Notes: generated from the letters alone by a model not told the origin. A DNA stretch of 64,000 nt from Octopus vulgaris (GCA_951406725.2 OX597814.1:112282001-112346000), one strand, 5' to 3'; shown: positions 24,802-40,356, numbered from the stretch's first letter. A program made the numbers and translations.

Positions 24802-26024
24802 TTCATATGTCTATATTAACAAAAGACACAAGCACACACGTAATGATCCTGATTTTCAAAATATATTTGACTTCCCTCTCAGAATTTAAGCAGGCCATCA
24901 ATAAACGCGTGCTTATTTTTCTTTAACATGCTTCAATTAATATATTTTTGTATTTACATATACATACCTTCATGCATATGCAGACATACATGCACGCATG
25001 CATGTCTGCTGTTATGCACGCAAGCATGCCTGCATGCATGCATGCATGTATGTATGTATGTTTGTAGTTGAGGGGTTGAGCATGTCCGCATCCATTGTGT
25101 GTGTGTGTTGTGTGCTTTTTATTCGTGTTTTCCGTTAAGTTCTCTTGTCGTTCCCTGTGCTACATTTTTTAATACACACCCATATACCCACACATACGTG
25201 TGTGTGCGTGTGTGTGTGTGAGTGTAGGAAAACACTCTGTAACAGGGTTCTCTGCACTGAACCCATTAAAGCCATCGACTTTGTCTAGTACCATCAAACG
25301 GAAATGTTAACACCACTTCGATTGATAATGTCTCTGTTATAAACACATTTTTATTTCATTTCCTCAAAAAGAATGAGTTTCAAATCAGCTCAGCTTCTCC
25401 TCTAAGTCTCTACCAAACCAAGTTGAATTTAATTTTATTTTAAATTCTTCTCTATAAGTTTATTTTCGCCATAAAACAACCTCCTTGTACTAAATCGTTG
25501 GTCGTAGCAGTCATCATGACGATGGCGGTAGTTGTGATGTCGGTGGTGGTGCTGGTGATGGCGGTCGTGCTGTTCATGGTGGTGGCGGCGGTGTTAATGT
25601 TAATGGAGATGGTGGTGGAGGTGGGGGGTTACATGGTTTATGTACTGGTTTAATCCGCGCTATAAACTGTTAACTTGTGCTTTTATGTTTCCACACACGT
25701 CACGCCTCACTGATTTTACAATTATAACATACAACACCGTTAAAACAATAGCAGCAGTTAAATCTCTCTCTAAATCACATACTACTCTCTTTAAAAAAGA
25801 AGGCCACCTTGAAATCAATAGTGTTAGAATGTTTGAGCGGTACATTTATCCCGCTACACGATTGAACACCCGCAGCTGGTATCTCGGGTGTTGATACCTC
25901 GGGTCCAGTAAAATGTGGAGGGCTTAAACTCGGGTTTCTGGTTTGAGGGTCATTTCTGTTATCCCCACGCCTGGTCTCGGGAACCATGGAGAAGGTTATG
26001 CGAATTGCCATTCCCTCCTGATTC

Positions 26025-26405
26025 GTGGCACTCCGTCGGTTACGACGACGAGGATTCCAGTTGATCCGATCAATGGAACAGCCTGCTGGTGAAATTATCG
26101 TGCAAGTGGCTGAGCACTCCACAGACACGTGTGTACCATTAACGTAGTTCTCGGGGAGATTTAGCAGGACACAGAGTGTGACAAGGCCGGCCCTTTGAAA
26201 TACAGATACAACAGAAACAGGAAGAAAGAGTGAGAGAAAGTTGTAGTGGAAGAATACAGCAGGGTTCGCCACCACCCCTACTGGAGCATCGTGGAGCTTT
26301 AAGTGTTTTCGCTCAATAAACACTCACAACGCCCAGTCTGAAAATAGAAACCGCGATCCTATGACCGCGTGTCCGCTGCCCTAACCACTGGGCCATTACA
26401 CCTCC
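26025..26405 (-). mobile_element. SINE B, tail type I
   Basis: Homology to 19639-20020; flanking direct repeat TCCCTCCTGA. Confidence 0.9.
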
Positions 26406-27224
26406 ACTCCCTCCTGACTATATGAGAATGAAAACAGACACATACAGCAACTTAACATAAGAGAGGGTGATCACGGATGGAGCGCTTTAAATCTGTTCTA
26501 TCTGGCCTAAACTTTGACTTAAACGCCACCATCTTCACCATCACCACTAACAACAACAACAACAACAACAAAAGTTGCAGAGCACGTGCTAATATAGGAG
26601 CCCCTACGTGGTCGCTGGACTTCCTAGAAATAGCAATCGAATCACCCGATAATCACATTCTACCATCTTATGAAATAAGTAGGAAGGACACAGTGAACAA
26701 GTGATCTGAAGTATAATATAGAAAAATTAGAATGGAAGGTCACGAACGGAATGCATTTGATCATAGATATTCCAGACAGTTATTCTATATCACGACTGAC
26801 CCAGGGCTAAACATCAACACTACTACAACATAGGTAACATTTCCTGGAAGTGATCTGAAGATTCTTTCATGAGAATTAGGAAAATATATTGCTTATTGCA
26901 TTGGAAGAATTCCTTAAATATTACTCTACGTAGGGGCAGACGGGGCTGTGTGGTAGGGACCTTGTTTCCCAATCTCATGGTCCTGGGTTCAATTCCACTA
27001 CAGGGTACCTTTGGTAAATGTCTTCTATTAAAAATCTCGTGCCGACCAAAGCCCGTCGTGGAGTATTTTTGTGCGCGCGCGCTATAAATGACTTCTCAGA
27101 AATACAAACCAACGAAAACAGCCTTCCATAATCTGTGAGTTTTGTGGTATATATATATATAGAGAGAGAGATAGATAGATAGAGAGGCAGGCAGGCAGAC
27201 AGTCAGCCAGACAGACTGGCAGGC

Positions 27225-27287
<63 letters not shown>

Positions 27288-27352
27288 CAAAATAGGACCC
27301 GTCCGTGTTTATTGTATCGTCTTCTGAATGTTTTGCGTTCTTGTCCATTTTG

Positions 27353-27429
<77 letters not shown>

Positions 27430-27434
27430 GGGGG

Positions 27435-27539
<105 letters not shown>

Positions 27540-28162
27540 TACATATACGTAGATATTCTTCCACGTTATATATATTATATTCTTATACAATACATCCTAC
27601 TAAATTCTACGCCAGTTCTCCTCATTTCTCGATTAAACAGTTGTTTTACACACGATAACATTACATATATTACACGTTTATATATCACGTATATTATTAC
27701 ATACACCACTACACAATACATAAAGAGATATTTATTCGATTCTATCAATGTGACTCTGTAACTTCTAAGTTCATACTCGTCTTGTTATTTCACGCCTTCA
27801 GCTAATTTTGCCTCGGTAATGTTTATTTATATTAAGTCTTTATTGAAAAGCAAATGAAATCCAGAGTTACTTGATCAAACTGCACCAGAGATTATAAAAT
27901 ATACATCCATGTATATTTTACAATATACACACTCGCTCTATATCTCTCGTTTATACTCACACACATGTGGTATATATATATACATATATATTTATATATA
28001 TATATATACATGATTATGCATATATATATATTATATATATATTTATAAACACACATGGATATATATATGACTGTGTGTGTGTGTATACGTATGCGCACGC
28101 ACAAGTGCTAATATATACATATATGTTTATACACACATAAATATATATATATATAAATAGAT

Positions 28163-28193
<31 letters not shown>

Positions 28194-29480
28194 CACACAT
28201 CTTATTCATATGTGTATATATATATGAGTATGCTTGTATATGTGTGTGTGTACAATGTATGAATGTATGCTTGCATGTATGTATATATATGTATTTTTTT
28301 CTCTAGTTTCAGCTCAGAGCTGCGGCCATGCTGATGCACCGCCGTTTTGTGCTACACTGTTATTGCGAAGAACCTCGTCTAGTATGTAGCACTTGGTGAC
28401 GAATGGAGTTTGATATAGCTACTCTCATTTGCACCTCTTGCCGTGAGGTAGGTTCATCTGGGACTCTCGACAGGAAGATGTCCAGCTTTGATTTAATTTG
28501 ATTTTTGATTTGTATGTATATATGTATGTATATATATATATATATGTATGCTTGTATGCACATACGCATACATATGTTTGTTTCCATATATTGTCATATG
28601 TAAAAACAGCTAACATTAATTGTTGAAGGATTACTTAGAAAAACTTATTTGTAACCTCGAAGTTTCGCCTCCGTTGGCGTCAAGCGAAATTTTCAAGTCA
28701 CTATCAACATTTTCCTTGAAATGCACGCACACGCGCGCCCGCTTATGGGTGCGCGTGCACGCAGTGAAAGCGTGAGCAGCTTTCTTTGCGCGCGCGCGCG
28801 TGTAGTTTAACTATGCATTACTCTAGATATAACCTGTATTTAACCTGTTTATCGGAAATAAGGAAAAAATTATTTCTCCTTTTTCATCATGTGTTCAGGG
28901 ATCCCAGGACTAAAGTGGTATTTATTTCATCGACATCGGACGGATGAAATACAAAAGTCGACCTGGGCAGGATTTGAACTCAGAATGTCAAGACGGACGA
29001 AATAGCACAAAGCATTTTACCCAGCGTGCTAACGATTCTGCCAGCTCATAGCCCTAAACGATGATCAAATATTGATACGAAATTACCTATAGACGACTAA
29101 ATTGATCTCAGTATTACAAGGTACTTATTCAAGCAAAAATAGAAAGAAAGAGCTTATACATGGTCTGTTGGCCTGGTAGAAATAGCAGCCAAATGTTACC
29201 TTATTTTTTTCAAAAACAAATAAGAGGGCACATTAGACTATAGTGTTATATATAGAACAGCGTGAAATTGTATCGAGATGGACACGGTTGGAATGTGTTT
29301 GATCATTGAGCTGGTCCTGAACAGCAATTACTAATAATGTTTCAGTGACAAAAATAAGATTTTCTAACGTGACTGCAATGTTGTTGTCAGTTTATTGAGT
29401 CTGAAGAAAAATGAACGGCAACGGAGAATCACGCAAGATTCAAACATGGAATAACAACAGCAGTTTATATAAAAATATGT

Positions 29481-29920
29481 AATTATGCAAACCTCCTCGA
29501 GGAATGTGAAGACGCAGGCTGGAAGGCGGAGCATTTTGCAGTCGAAGTCGGATGTAGAGGGTTTGTTGGATACAGTGTAAGACGACTGTTGTTATAGTTA
29601 GGCCTAACTCATCGTAAAGTAAATACCACCATGACCGATATCCAAACTACAGTGGAGAAGGCTAGCCACTGGATTTGGTTAAAAAAAAGACGATGAGCGA
29701 TGGCTAGAGAAATATTGAGCTATATTTAATAACCAGTTGATCTAGGAAGCGGGGTCTCATATCAGTGAGTAGAGCCGGTGCGCATTGATGCCGTTGAAAG
29801 GTAGGCCTCGAAACGGCGCGCATTATTTCCTGATGACCCTGTACACTTGCTGGTTTCCGGTATGCGGAGTTCTCGACAGGTAGCACTTGCATGTTGAAGT
29901 TGTTTGCAAGACATTTACAT
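29481..29920 (+). pseudogene. HERO-like (RLE-type) non-LTR retrotransposon 3' end
   Basis: YANLLEECEDAGWKAEHFAVEVGCRGFVGYSVRRLL*LGL..VEKASHWIWLKK..DERW; the VEVGCRGF and S.WIW.K motifs are typical of HERO-clade C-termini; structured UTR follows. Confidence 0.8.
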
Positions 29921-30084
29921 AGTTGTATTGTATATTGCTATATAATATATAGTTATATGATATATACCTATATAATATATGTTATGTATTAATTATGCCT
30001 ATTTGACAGATATGTAACAGATATTCCGAGCTCGCTAATCCTTCAGTTTTTGAACAAGTAACTCTCCATCATTGTTGTACTTCA

Positions 30085-30290
30085 AGGTGAATATGGATCA
30101 GTAGCTGCAAGCCCTGGAAGAGGAGGTGCTACAAGTAGTTTTAACTGGACACAAATTGACACTTGATCAACCTTGATTGGGTTGCCTGGGTGACGATATT
30201 TCATTATTGAAAGATCCGAAACACTTAATGACCCCCAGAGAACATCGTTGATGATGTGTCGAGATGTATCACAGGATGATGTGATGGAAA
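30085..30290 (+). mobile_element. Second HERO-like 3' UTR remnant
   Basis: TGATCAACC..GGGTTGCCTGGGTGA..TTGAAAGATCCGAAACAC..AATGACCCC..TGATGATGTGTC resembles HERO 3' UTRs as I recall them (unverified) and shares the TTGAAAG..CGAAAC motif with 29790-29818. Confidence 0.55.
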
Positions 30291-31084
30291 ACTCTCCACC
30301 AGAAGTGGTTGTCAGTATTAGTTTGGGCTGGTATTTCTGTTCACTGTGATATATATGTCACCTGTACGTGATATTAGACAATTATATTTGTCAGTAAATA
30401 TGCGACATTTTGACTGACATTTCTGTCAGCCCTCTGTGATGTCTCAATTGTCATATCAGTCAACGGTGTGGGACATGTTGACTGCGGTATACAAGAGTAC
30501 TGTGTGACGCCATGACCACCACCACCACTTATTCCTTTTCTATTCCTTATTCTCTCTCTCTCGTATACACACACACACACACACACACACACTCACTGTA
30601 TGCATGTATGTACTCACTGACTCTTCCTAATTCGAATACGTACCTGCAAATGTATTGTTGTTCACCCATTTTTCAAATTTCAGATCTTGTACCTATTGGA
30701 GAAAGAGCTATAATATTTTAACCCCAAGAGAGAAGTGGCTGGGCAGGTATTTCAACCGTGATCATCTCTTATCTTAATAATATGGATCATCGGACTGAAT
30801 CAGCGTACATTTTGAAAGAGATTTGATTGCTATTTCTTGCAGATTAAACGGTCACATAGAGGCTGTTTCATTAGCTCGTAAAGTATTGTTGTGTAGCAAC
30901 ATTAATCCACTAACTCCACTTGGTCCTCAGGTTCTAAAATGGTACAAACATTCAAACTAGATCTCCCTTCCTCACGCCGGTGTCAAAGACCCTGAAAAGG
31001 GTCTTGGTTTCTGACCTCTCCTCTCTTGACTCTCTCAGCTAATATCTAGGTCTACATTATCTTCCCGTTTTTCTAAGACGGTAG

Positions 31085-31285
31085 GAGGCACATGGCCTAG
31101 TGGTTAGAGCAGCGGACTCACGGTCGAGGGATCGCGGGTTCGAATCTCAGACCGGGTGATGTGCGTGTTTATGAGCGAAACACGTGAGCTCCACGCGGCT
31201 CCGACAGAAGGTAATGGCGAACTTCTGCTGACTCTTTCGCCACAACTTTCTCTCACTCTTTCCTCCTGCATCTTGCAGCTCACCA
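31085..31285 (+). mobile_element. SINE B divergent subfamily, tail type IV (truncated)
   Basis: Related head and centre through ACAACTTTCTCTCACTCTT, then a different sequence. Confidence 0.8.
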
Positions 31286-32784
31286 GCTCGAGAAGGAACA
31301 AAAGACAGTAGTTATGTAATTCGAAAGAGATTTGGCTAGTATTTCTAGCAGGGTGAGCAACAGTATAAAGTCTGCCTCCATGTTGGCTAGTATCAGATAT
31401 GTGTGGACGTATACATGTGTGTGTATGTATCTATAGGTAGGTATGTGCGCTTACCTGTATGTGTATAGGTGTGTGTGTGTGTATGCGAGTAGGTATACGT
31501 GCGTCACTGTATAGGTATGCGCGCGTATTCCTGTTGCATTGATATATATGTGTGTGACTACGTATATCTATATTCATGTATGTGTGTGTATGCGTGCCTA
31601 TAATGTGTATGTATTTATGTGTGTGAATGTGTATATGTATGCACATATATGTATGTATGCATGTATGTATGGGCATGCATATGTGCGTGCGTATGTATAT
31701 GTTGGGAAAGCGTGATATGTCCGTGCATGTATGCATATATGCGTATATGTGCGTGCGTGTATTCATGTGCGTGTATATGCGTACTTCCAAGCATGTGTGT
31801 GTGTGTGTGTGTGTGTGTGTGGTGCGTGTGTGTGTGTGTGTGTGGTGCGTGTGTGTGTGTGTGTGTGGTGCGTGTGTGTGTGCGTGCGTACGTGTGTGTC
31901 AACGTGCGTTCTCAGATATCGACTCCACAGAGAGTGAATTAACTTGGCGGTGCTTCAAAGAGAAACCATTCCATAGAATACAAGAAATATGCAGAGTCAT
32001 AAATCATAGCCTTATGTATTTAGTATCGTGTGAAATTGCGCCCCACGAGGGCTTTTGCTTATTTATTTGCTGAGATAAGAATTCAAATGAATATATCTAT
32101 ATTCGTCATGTGTGATTTGAGCAGAATTTAGCTGATATTTTAGGCAGATCGAGTGACTAGGTAGGCGCTCCCTCAGTGGAGTAGAGCATCTCCCTCATTG
32201 GAAATCTGGTCAGTAACATGGTCCTGGAATAATTCCGAGGGAACCATCCCAAAACCGTTGTGGTCATTTGTCTTAGATCACAGAGCTCCTTAAGGACACG
32301 GTGTTGCTATATAGCTTAATGAGTTATTTTGATTTTGTGTGTGTGTGTGTGTGTGTGTCTGTGCGCGCGTGTGTGTGTGTGTGTGTGTGTCTGTGCGCGC
32401 GTGTGTGTGTGTGTGTCTGTGCGCGCGCGCGCGCGCGTGTATCTGTGTGTATATATGTGCACGCATACGCGAGCGCGTGTGTGTTCGTGTACATATGCGT
32501 GAAGATATCTGCATATATGTATCCGTTTATTTTTGCAAATGTTTGTGAGTTTGCATGTGTATACGCATGTGCAAATACATACACACACATGCACACGCAC
32601 ACATACATATACTTTCACATATATATATATGTGTGTGTATAAGTATGTATGTATATATGTGCATGTATGCGTCTACATATATACATACACATGTGTACAT
32701 AAATATAAGTGAATGTATATAAATGAGTGCACATACAAACTAGATAGATAGATAGATAGATAGATACATAAATATGTAACACAT

Positions 32785-32822
<38 letters not shown>

Positions 32823-32924
32823 TTAGATATATACATGTGTGTGTGTGTGTGTTCATATAAGGATAAATAAATAGATACCTTAACATAGTACTCTAAATTC
32901 GGTGGCAAATAAATGGAATTATAT

Positions 32925-32960
<36 letters not shown>

Positions 32961-33374
32961 TTACTGTTATTATTATTATTACTACTACTACTACTACTAC
33001 TACTCTTACTACTACTACTACTACTACTACTAAATACTCGTTATACCACCCGATTAATCACATTACAAATTATCGCACTTGCCTGTCCTCTTTATTTTGG
33101 ATCCTTCTTTGGTGTGGTACCCCCCCCCCCATTAACCCTTATTTAACCATAGCGCCCTAGGTTTCTTAGACAAGAATTCGACAAGACTTTTTTTTTAGCC
33201 AAAGTTAATGAGAACACCCACCCCTGCACCCCTACATCGTCAGCCCCACCCCCTTCGGTGCTCCACTCATGAGCCGTTGACTGATTCTCTCACCACATGT
33301 TAACTGTTTTTAACATGTACGTGGGGGTGGGGTGGAAGGGGAGGTGTTCATTGAGTGTAAACTGTAAGTGTGTT

Positions 33375-33438
<64 letters not shown>

Positions 33439-33753
33439 TGGAAGGTTTGGATATTCTTTTGTCTGTTTCAGTTGACTGCAGTCATGCTGGAGCACCACCT
33501 TTAGTCGAATGAATCGCCCCCAGGATTGATTCTTTGTAAGCCCAGTACTTCTATCACACCCTTTTGACGAACTGCTAGATTACGGGGGACGTAAGCACAC
33601 CAACATCGGTTGTCAAGCGGTGGTGGTGGGTCAAACACAGACACAAACATATACATATACATTTATATATATATATATACATATATATATATACACACAC
33701 AGAATGATAGGTAGATAGATTTGGTGATTTGAACTTAAAACATGATTATAGAG

Positions 33754-33807
<54 letters not shown>

Positions 33808-33944
33808 CGTAATGTAGCGGTTCGGCAAACATAACCGACAGAATAAGTACTAGGCTTACAAAGAATAAGTACTGCAGTCGATTTGTTCAACTAACGGCGG
33901 TGGTCCAGCATGGCCGCAGTCAAATGACTGAATCACGTAAAAGA

Positions 33945-34014
<70 letters not shown>

Positions 34015-34353
34015 AAAAGTGAGAGTTGATCATGTACACAGGATATTGTTGAAACTTGTATCAGATATGTGAAACCGAAATTCTATAAACGATATCAGTT
34101 AATTATTAAATCATGGACTTTCAAAGAATATATTTACACACAGTAATTATATTATATATATATATTCATATACATATGCATACATATATATACACACACA
34201 CATATATATATATATATACACACACACATATATATATATACATGTATATATACATATACATACATATATATACACACACACATATATATATATACATGTA
34301 TATATACATATACATACATATATACTTATATATATATACATACTTATATACTT

Positions 34354-34386
<33 letters not shown>

Positions 34387-34406
34387 CATATACATACTTA
34401 TATACT

Positions 34407-34446
<40 letters not shown>

Positions 34447-34670
34447 CATATACATATATATATACATATACATATATGTACATATACATATATGTATATA
34501 TATATACACACATATATATATGTATATATATATATACATATATATGTATATAAACGCATATATATATATATACATATATATAAGCACATATATATATACA
34601 CAATTATATACATACACATATATATAAGCACATATATATATACACATTTATATACATACACATATATATA

Positions 34671-34718
<48 letters not shown>

Positions 34719-34902
34719 TATATATATACATATAAATATATATATATAATGTCGCAGGCGTGAGCGTGCATTAAGAAATTTGCTTCGGTACCGCAAGGTT
34801 CCAGGTTCAGTCCCACTGCGTGGTACCTAAAGCAAGTGACTTCTGCTCCAGGCTCAAGTATTGTGAATGGATGAGGTAGACAGGAACTGAAAGAAACCCG
34901 TC

Positions 34903-34962
<60 letters not shown>

Positions 34963-34968
34963 GCCTCC

Positions 34969-35002
<34 letters not shown>

Positions 35003-35100
35003 TTAATGTATGTCTCCGTACCCTTGCGCGTACGGGTCGACAAAGGGAGGCTGATACACTAAGCACAGGGCTTAAATGAGTAACGAAACAAATAGACAAC

Positions 35101-35416
35101 AGCACTCAGAAAGTGCAAACCTTTAGCCAGAGATGATTTTTAGAATGAGAATATCTGAAATAAGATCGACTGCTCTAACTAAATATGGACCTGACTGCTC
35201 TCAAAAATTAAGTATAAAAGATTCAGAATCCTTGTCGGGTACCGGATCGATCTCAAAATCTAATCAGTTCGTGCCAGTCACGTGACCAAACATCTTTCAA
35301 AGTTTCATCAGAATCCATCCAACGGTTCTTGAGATATCTTGTCCACGGACAAACAAACAAACAAACAAACGCGACTGAAAACAAAACCTCTGCCTTCGCT
35401 AACGCGGAGGTAATAA
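35101..35416 (-). mobile_element. Helentron-associated non-autonomous element (HINE-like)
   Basis: 5' TTATTACCTCCGC with a hairpin, (GTTT)n, and a 3' GGTTT followed by the terminal hairpin GCACTTTCTGAGTGC. Confidence 0.7.
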
Positions 35417-35794
35417 GCATTGTAGCTGATTCGTTCGACTGAAACTTTTCAAAGCGATGCTCCAGCAAGGCCGCATGCTAATGACTGGAGCGAATAGAAA
35501 GAAAAGAAGATACATATGCATACATTACGCATACATACATACATACATGCATACATATATTCATGCATACATACATACATGCATTCTATTTTTCTTTTAC
35601 TTGTTTCAGTCATTTGACTGCGGCCATGCAGGAGCATCGCCTTTAGTCGAACAAATCGACCCACAGGACTTATTCTTATTCTATCGGTCTCTTTGCAGAA
35701 CAGCTAAGTTACGTGAACGTAAGCACACTAACATCGATTGTCAAGCGAAGTAGGGAAGACAAACAGACACACAAATACACACCACACACACACA

Positions 35795-35834
<40 letters not shown>

Positions 35835-36305
35835 CTTATAAAATAAGGGCAAAAGAAAAATTCTAATGCAAAATATGCCGAAAAACGACAAAATTGTCAA
35901 TAACCATTATAATTTATGCGTCTCGAAACAAGCCGATAGAAATTTCTAAAAAAATCCGTTATTACCGTATTGGTTAGCCCGAGACTATTGTAGAAGACAC
36001 TCTTACCCAAGGTACCACGCATTGGGCTTGAACCCGGAATCATGTGGCTGGGAAGCCGGCTTCTTACCATACAATCACTCATATGTATTATATATATACA
36101 TATATATATAGGAACTGCATCTGTCTTTCAAATAACAGTCTAACTCCACTCCAGTCAAACATACAATACGGCGGGCACTTAGTGCGAACTCCTCCCGTCA
36201 GAAAACGGAAGAAGATTACATGGGTTTGTCCTTACGTGCCCACAAAATATTGTCATGCGGAACTGAGTCAAACTGCTCTTTAAAATATACATATATATGT
36301 GTGTG

Positions 36306-36359
<54 letters not shown>

Positions 36360-36360
<1 letters not shown>

Positions 36361-36535
36361 TAGGAATTGCAGAAAAGTTCCTGGCTTTAAGGTTGTTGCG
36401 AAAGGCCCGGTTGGAGGCCTAGAACTTCCGAGTTCTTAAAAACTGAAAGACCCCTACTATACCTGGATACGTTGCATCAAGTCATAATAAACTTGTTCTC
36501 CTGTATTTTCTTTTATTTCAAACCAGGAACCCGTA
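36360..36535 (+). mobile_element. Mariner-like MITE remnant
   Basis: GAAAAGTTCCTGGCTTTAAGG..CCAGGAAC, homologous to 591-811. Confidence 0.65.
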
Positions 36536-36687
36536 TATACATACTTATATATATATATATATATGTATGTATATATATTTATATATATAAATAAGTGGAG
36601 TTACTTGTGTGAATCTTTTGCTGCTCTAGTAACTGTTTATCTATTTTTTCCGTGTTAATTGTAAACAAGGGAAAAATACACGCATCC

Positions 36688-36732
<45 letters not shown>

Positions 36733-36736
<4 letters not shown>

Positions 36737-36983
36737 ACGTATATCATTATAAAAATACAATTATAGTTAAGGGCTACTGGAAATGACCATCGCTAATGCT
36801 AGAAGTAGATGTAAAATGCCTAGAATCCACTCTAAAATTGGCGATGGTTATTTTCAGTAGCCCTTAACTATAATTAAATTTTTTTGATTATATGCGTAAA
36901 AAAATTAATGTTACCTATACGGTCAATTGATGGGCTAGGCTACTGATATAATCATTTTCATGATTATATTCTTATCATATAAG
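36733..36983 (+). mobile_element. Fold-back element with an unpaired tail, next to (TA)n
   Basis: Arms AATTATAGTTAAGGGCTACTGGAAATGACCATCGC / GCGATGGTTATTTTCAGTAGCCCTTAACTATAATT. Confidence 0.7.
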
Positions 36984-37043
36984 TGTGTGCGTGTGTGCGT
37001 GTGTGTATGCATGTGTTCACATGCACATGGATATATATATATT

Positions 37044-37074
<31 letters not shown>

Positions 37075-37286
37075 ATGTATTTTTATAGCAATAAGAAAAT
37101 GGAGGAGAACAATAGGTGGTTCATCAACTTTTAGACATTATATTATGTTAACTTATTTATTTATTTATTTACTAAGCTGATAATTACAATAATAGACATA
37201 CATACATACATACATAAGCTTTACATATAGGATATAAAATATAGTAATATATAAGGATACTAGTAATTATTATGAAATAAAAAACA

Positions 37287-37360
<74 letters not shown>

Positions 37361-37363
<3 letters not shown>

Positions 37364-37645
37364 TTAGTGGTTAGGGCAGCGGACTCGCGGTCGTAGGATC
37401 GCGGTTTCGATTCCCAGACCGGGTGTTGTGAGTGTTTATTGAGCGAAAACACCTAAAAAAGCTCCACGAGGCTCCGGCAGGGGGTGGTGATCCCTGCTGT
37501 ACTCTTTCACCACTTTTTCTCCCACTCTTTCTTCTGTTGGCCTGCTCGCTTAGCCAGCGGGGTGGCGTCATTCGAAGGCTAAAACAATGTGACCAGAACG
37601 CATTGTGACCAGCGATGTGTAACAGCATTTGATGGTCTGGTCGGT

Positions 37646-37653
<8 letters not shown>
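37361..37653 (+). mobile_element. SINE B, tail type II, in (TA)n
   Basis: Shared head; tail ..GGTCTGGTCGGTCACGTGATA. Confidence 0.9.
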
Positions 37654-37683
<30 letters not shown>

Positions 37684-38295
37684 ATGCACAGACACAAAAA
37701 TATAGATGCATTCGTTTATAGATATAATAGCGTAGTTACAGGCAATTGCATACCTGCACACACACACACAAGCATAGAGGTAAAATATATGACATAAAAA
37801 TGTAAATTCTCGCAATATTATGAGGAATACAAAACAACAGCAATTCCAAAATTTTTTAAATTTATTTAGTATGTGTGTGTACAGTTTTATCTATCTGTGT
37901 CTGTGTGCGTGCGTGCGTGTGTGTTTGTATGTGTGTGTGTCTTATTATTTTGTTTTTATGTTCCGTTATAAGAAAACGATTTTACTTTAAGCTGAAGGCT
38001 TACTCTATACTTTTTTACTGTACAAAATTAATTATTTAAAAAAAATATTATTGACTGTAACCACGAAGTTTCGGCCAGTTAAGACGTCGTCGTACGTGTA
38101 TAACCTCCGTAAATGATATCCTAGAGTATATCTAATTAATATACATATGAAACAACGGCAGCATCATCAATACCAACAATATTTGTAATTAGGATGTTGT
38201 ACATAATGACAGCGTGTAATATGATGTAATGTCTATGTGTGTGTATGTGCGTGTGTGTGCGTGCATGTGTGTGTGTGTGCATGTGTGTGTATACT

Positions 38296-38339
<44 letters not shown>

Positions 38340-38362
38340 ACATATACTTGCTCTAATATATA

Positions 38363-38403
<41 letters not shown>

Positions 38404-38868
38404 GGATATATACATGTGCGTGTATGCATGTACGTATATATATATATATATATATATATAATTGTGCATATATGTTTCAACATGTGAGTGTATGTATATA
38501 CACACACTTCAGTATATATATTTATACTTGTATACGCATACACAGACGCGCGCGCGTGCACACACACACACACACAGGGTACAAATATATTATGACATTA
38601 TTACCTGACTGAAATTCCATGTGTGGCTTTCATAAAGAGGACGATTACTGCTGTGATATAAAGTCCTTAACAACAGGACTGGCGAAACCAGGATTTGAAA
38701 AGAACAGAAATTGTGAAGGGTCGCCGCCACAAGATATTTGCTTCCGTTAACACCTATGTTTCTGTATTTTTTTAAAATTTCATTTTGATTGTTTTAAAAT
38801 TATATTTCATTTTCTATTAACACAGACATTTATACATAAATCCATACATACATTCATATATATATGTG

Positions 38869-38906
<38 letters not shown>

Positions 38907-38959
38907 TACAGAATTATATATATATATGCATACAGATTTTATATATATATATATACACA

Positions 38960-39012
<53 letters not shown>

Positions 39013-39153
39013 GCACACTGACATATATGCGTGTGCATATATGTATCTAGAAATATTTCTATATATACACACATATATATGAATTAACATACATATTTAA
39101 ATGCATGTTTATAATCTATCTATTTGTCTATTTATCTATCTATCTAACTATAT

Positions 39154-39196
<43 letters not shown>

Positions 39197-39212
39197 TATA
39201 TATATATATATA

Positions 39213-39427
39213 TAATTTAGAGAAAAAACCTCTATTAAACAATTCAATAAAGATGTTATTCACACCATATAGAAAACATATACTATTAAAACCTTATTCT
39301 AAAAATCAATAAAATACAATAAATAGTAGTTTTTCTAAATTATATACAAGTATTATATATTGTGAAATTTGATTTAAGATAGTTAAATTGAATTTTTCCC
39401 TGTAAGTTTTGGAATTATATTCCCTAC

Positions 39428-39430
<3 letters not shown>
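39213..39430 (+). mobile_element. Fold-back element related to 51983-52310
   Basis: ATAATTTAGAGAAAAAACC..GTTTTTCTAAATTAT plus an about 85-nt tail; (TA)n flanks. Confidence 0.6.
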
Positions 39431-39479
<49 letters not shown>

Positions 39480-39582
39480 GAACACTAAACATTCATATTA
39501 TATACATATGTTTGTTCCTATATCTATAGACACACGCACACACAAGGATATATAAATACATATATACTCATGCTTACGTACA

Positions 39583-39619
<37 letters not shown>

Positions 39620-39794
39620 TGAGGTTAGTGCTTTGGGTGGCTATTCGAGTCATTGAGTCATTTTTTATTCTTATTTCTAGCAATGCGGGTACTAATTTGT
39701 ATCTTTGTTTATTAATTTGCCTTTAGGTTTTAATTGCTAACGGGCGATCTACATGATAATATATTGAATATAATAGTGTTTTATTATATATATA

Positions 39795-39838
<44 letters not shown>

Positions 39839-39856
39839 TATATATGCATATATATA

Positions 39857-39890
<34 letters not shown>

Positions 39891-40009
39891 TATATATATG
39901 CATATATATATGCATATATATGCATATATATATATATATATATGCATATATATATATATGTGCATATATATATATGCATATATATATGCATATATATATA
40001 TGCATATAG

Positions 40010-40043
<34 letters not shown>

Positions 40044-40113
40044 ATGCATATATATATATATATATGCATATATATATGCATATATATATGCATATATATA
40101 TATGCTATATATA

Positions 40114-40152
<39 letters not shown>

Positions 40153-40186
40153 TATATATATATATATATATATATATGCATATATA

Positions 40187-40224
<38 letters not shown>

Positions 40225-40318
40225 GGAGTAAACACATAAATGTGAAACAAGGTGGAAAAAAGAGTACTCAAATACCAGTAATATGCTTTATTTAAAGCAG
40301 CAGAAAATTCAACAAAAT

Positions 40319-40356
40319 CTGTTACTCTGAGTTTCTCGTTGCCGTTCATCAGACAG
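40319..40356 (-). ncRNA. Compact type I hammerhead ribozyme (left arm)
   Basis: CUGU-CUGAUGA-A-CG(GCAA)CG-A-GAA-ACU(CAG)AGU-A-ACAG; stem I extends with AAAA/UUUU; GUA site. Confidence 0.75.

Noticed and set aside
26855-26895. CTGAAGA with a hairpin and downstream GAAA
   Set aside because: Four extra bases precede GAAA and there is no stem I.
28720-28802. CpG-rich hairpin / alternating purine-pyrimidine tract as a promoter
   Set aside because: Very short and explainable as (CA)n/(CG)n decay; no supporting gene.
29395-29455. ATGAACGGCAACG resembling the 40319 hammerhead
   Set aside because: Aligns better as a decayed minus-strand SINE C centre.
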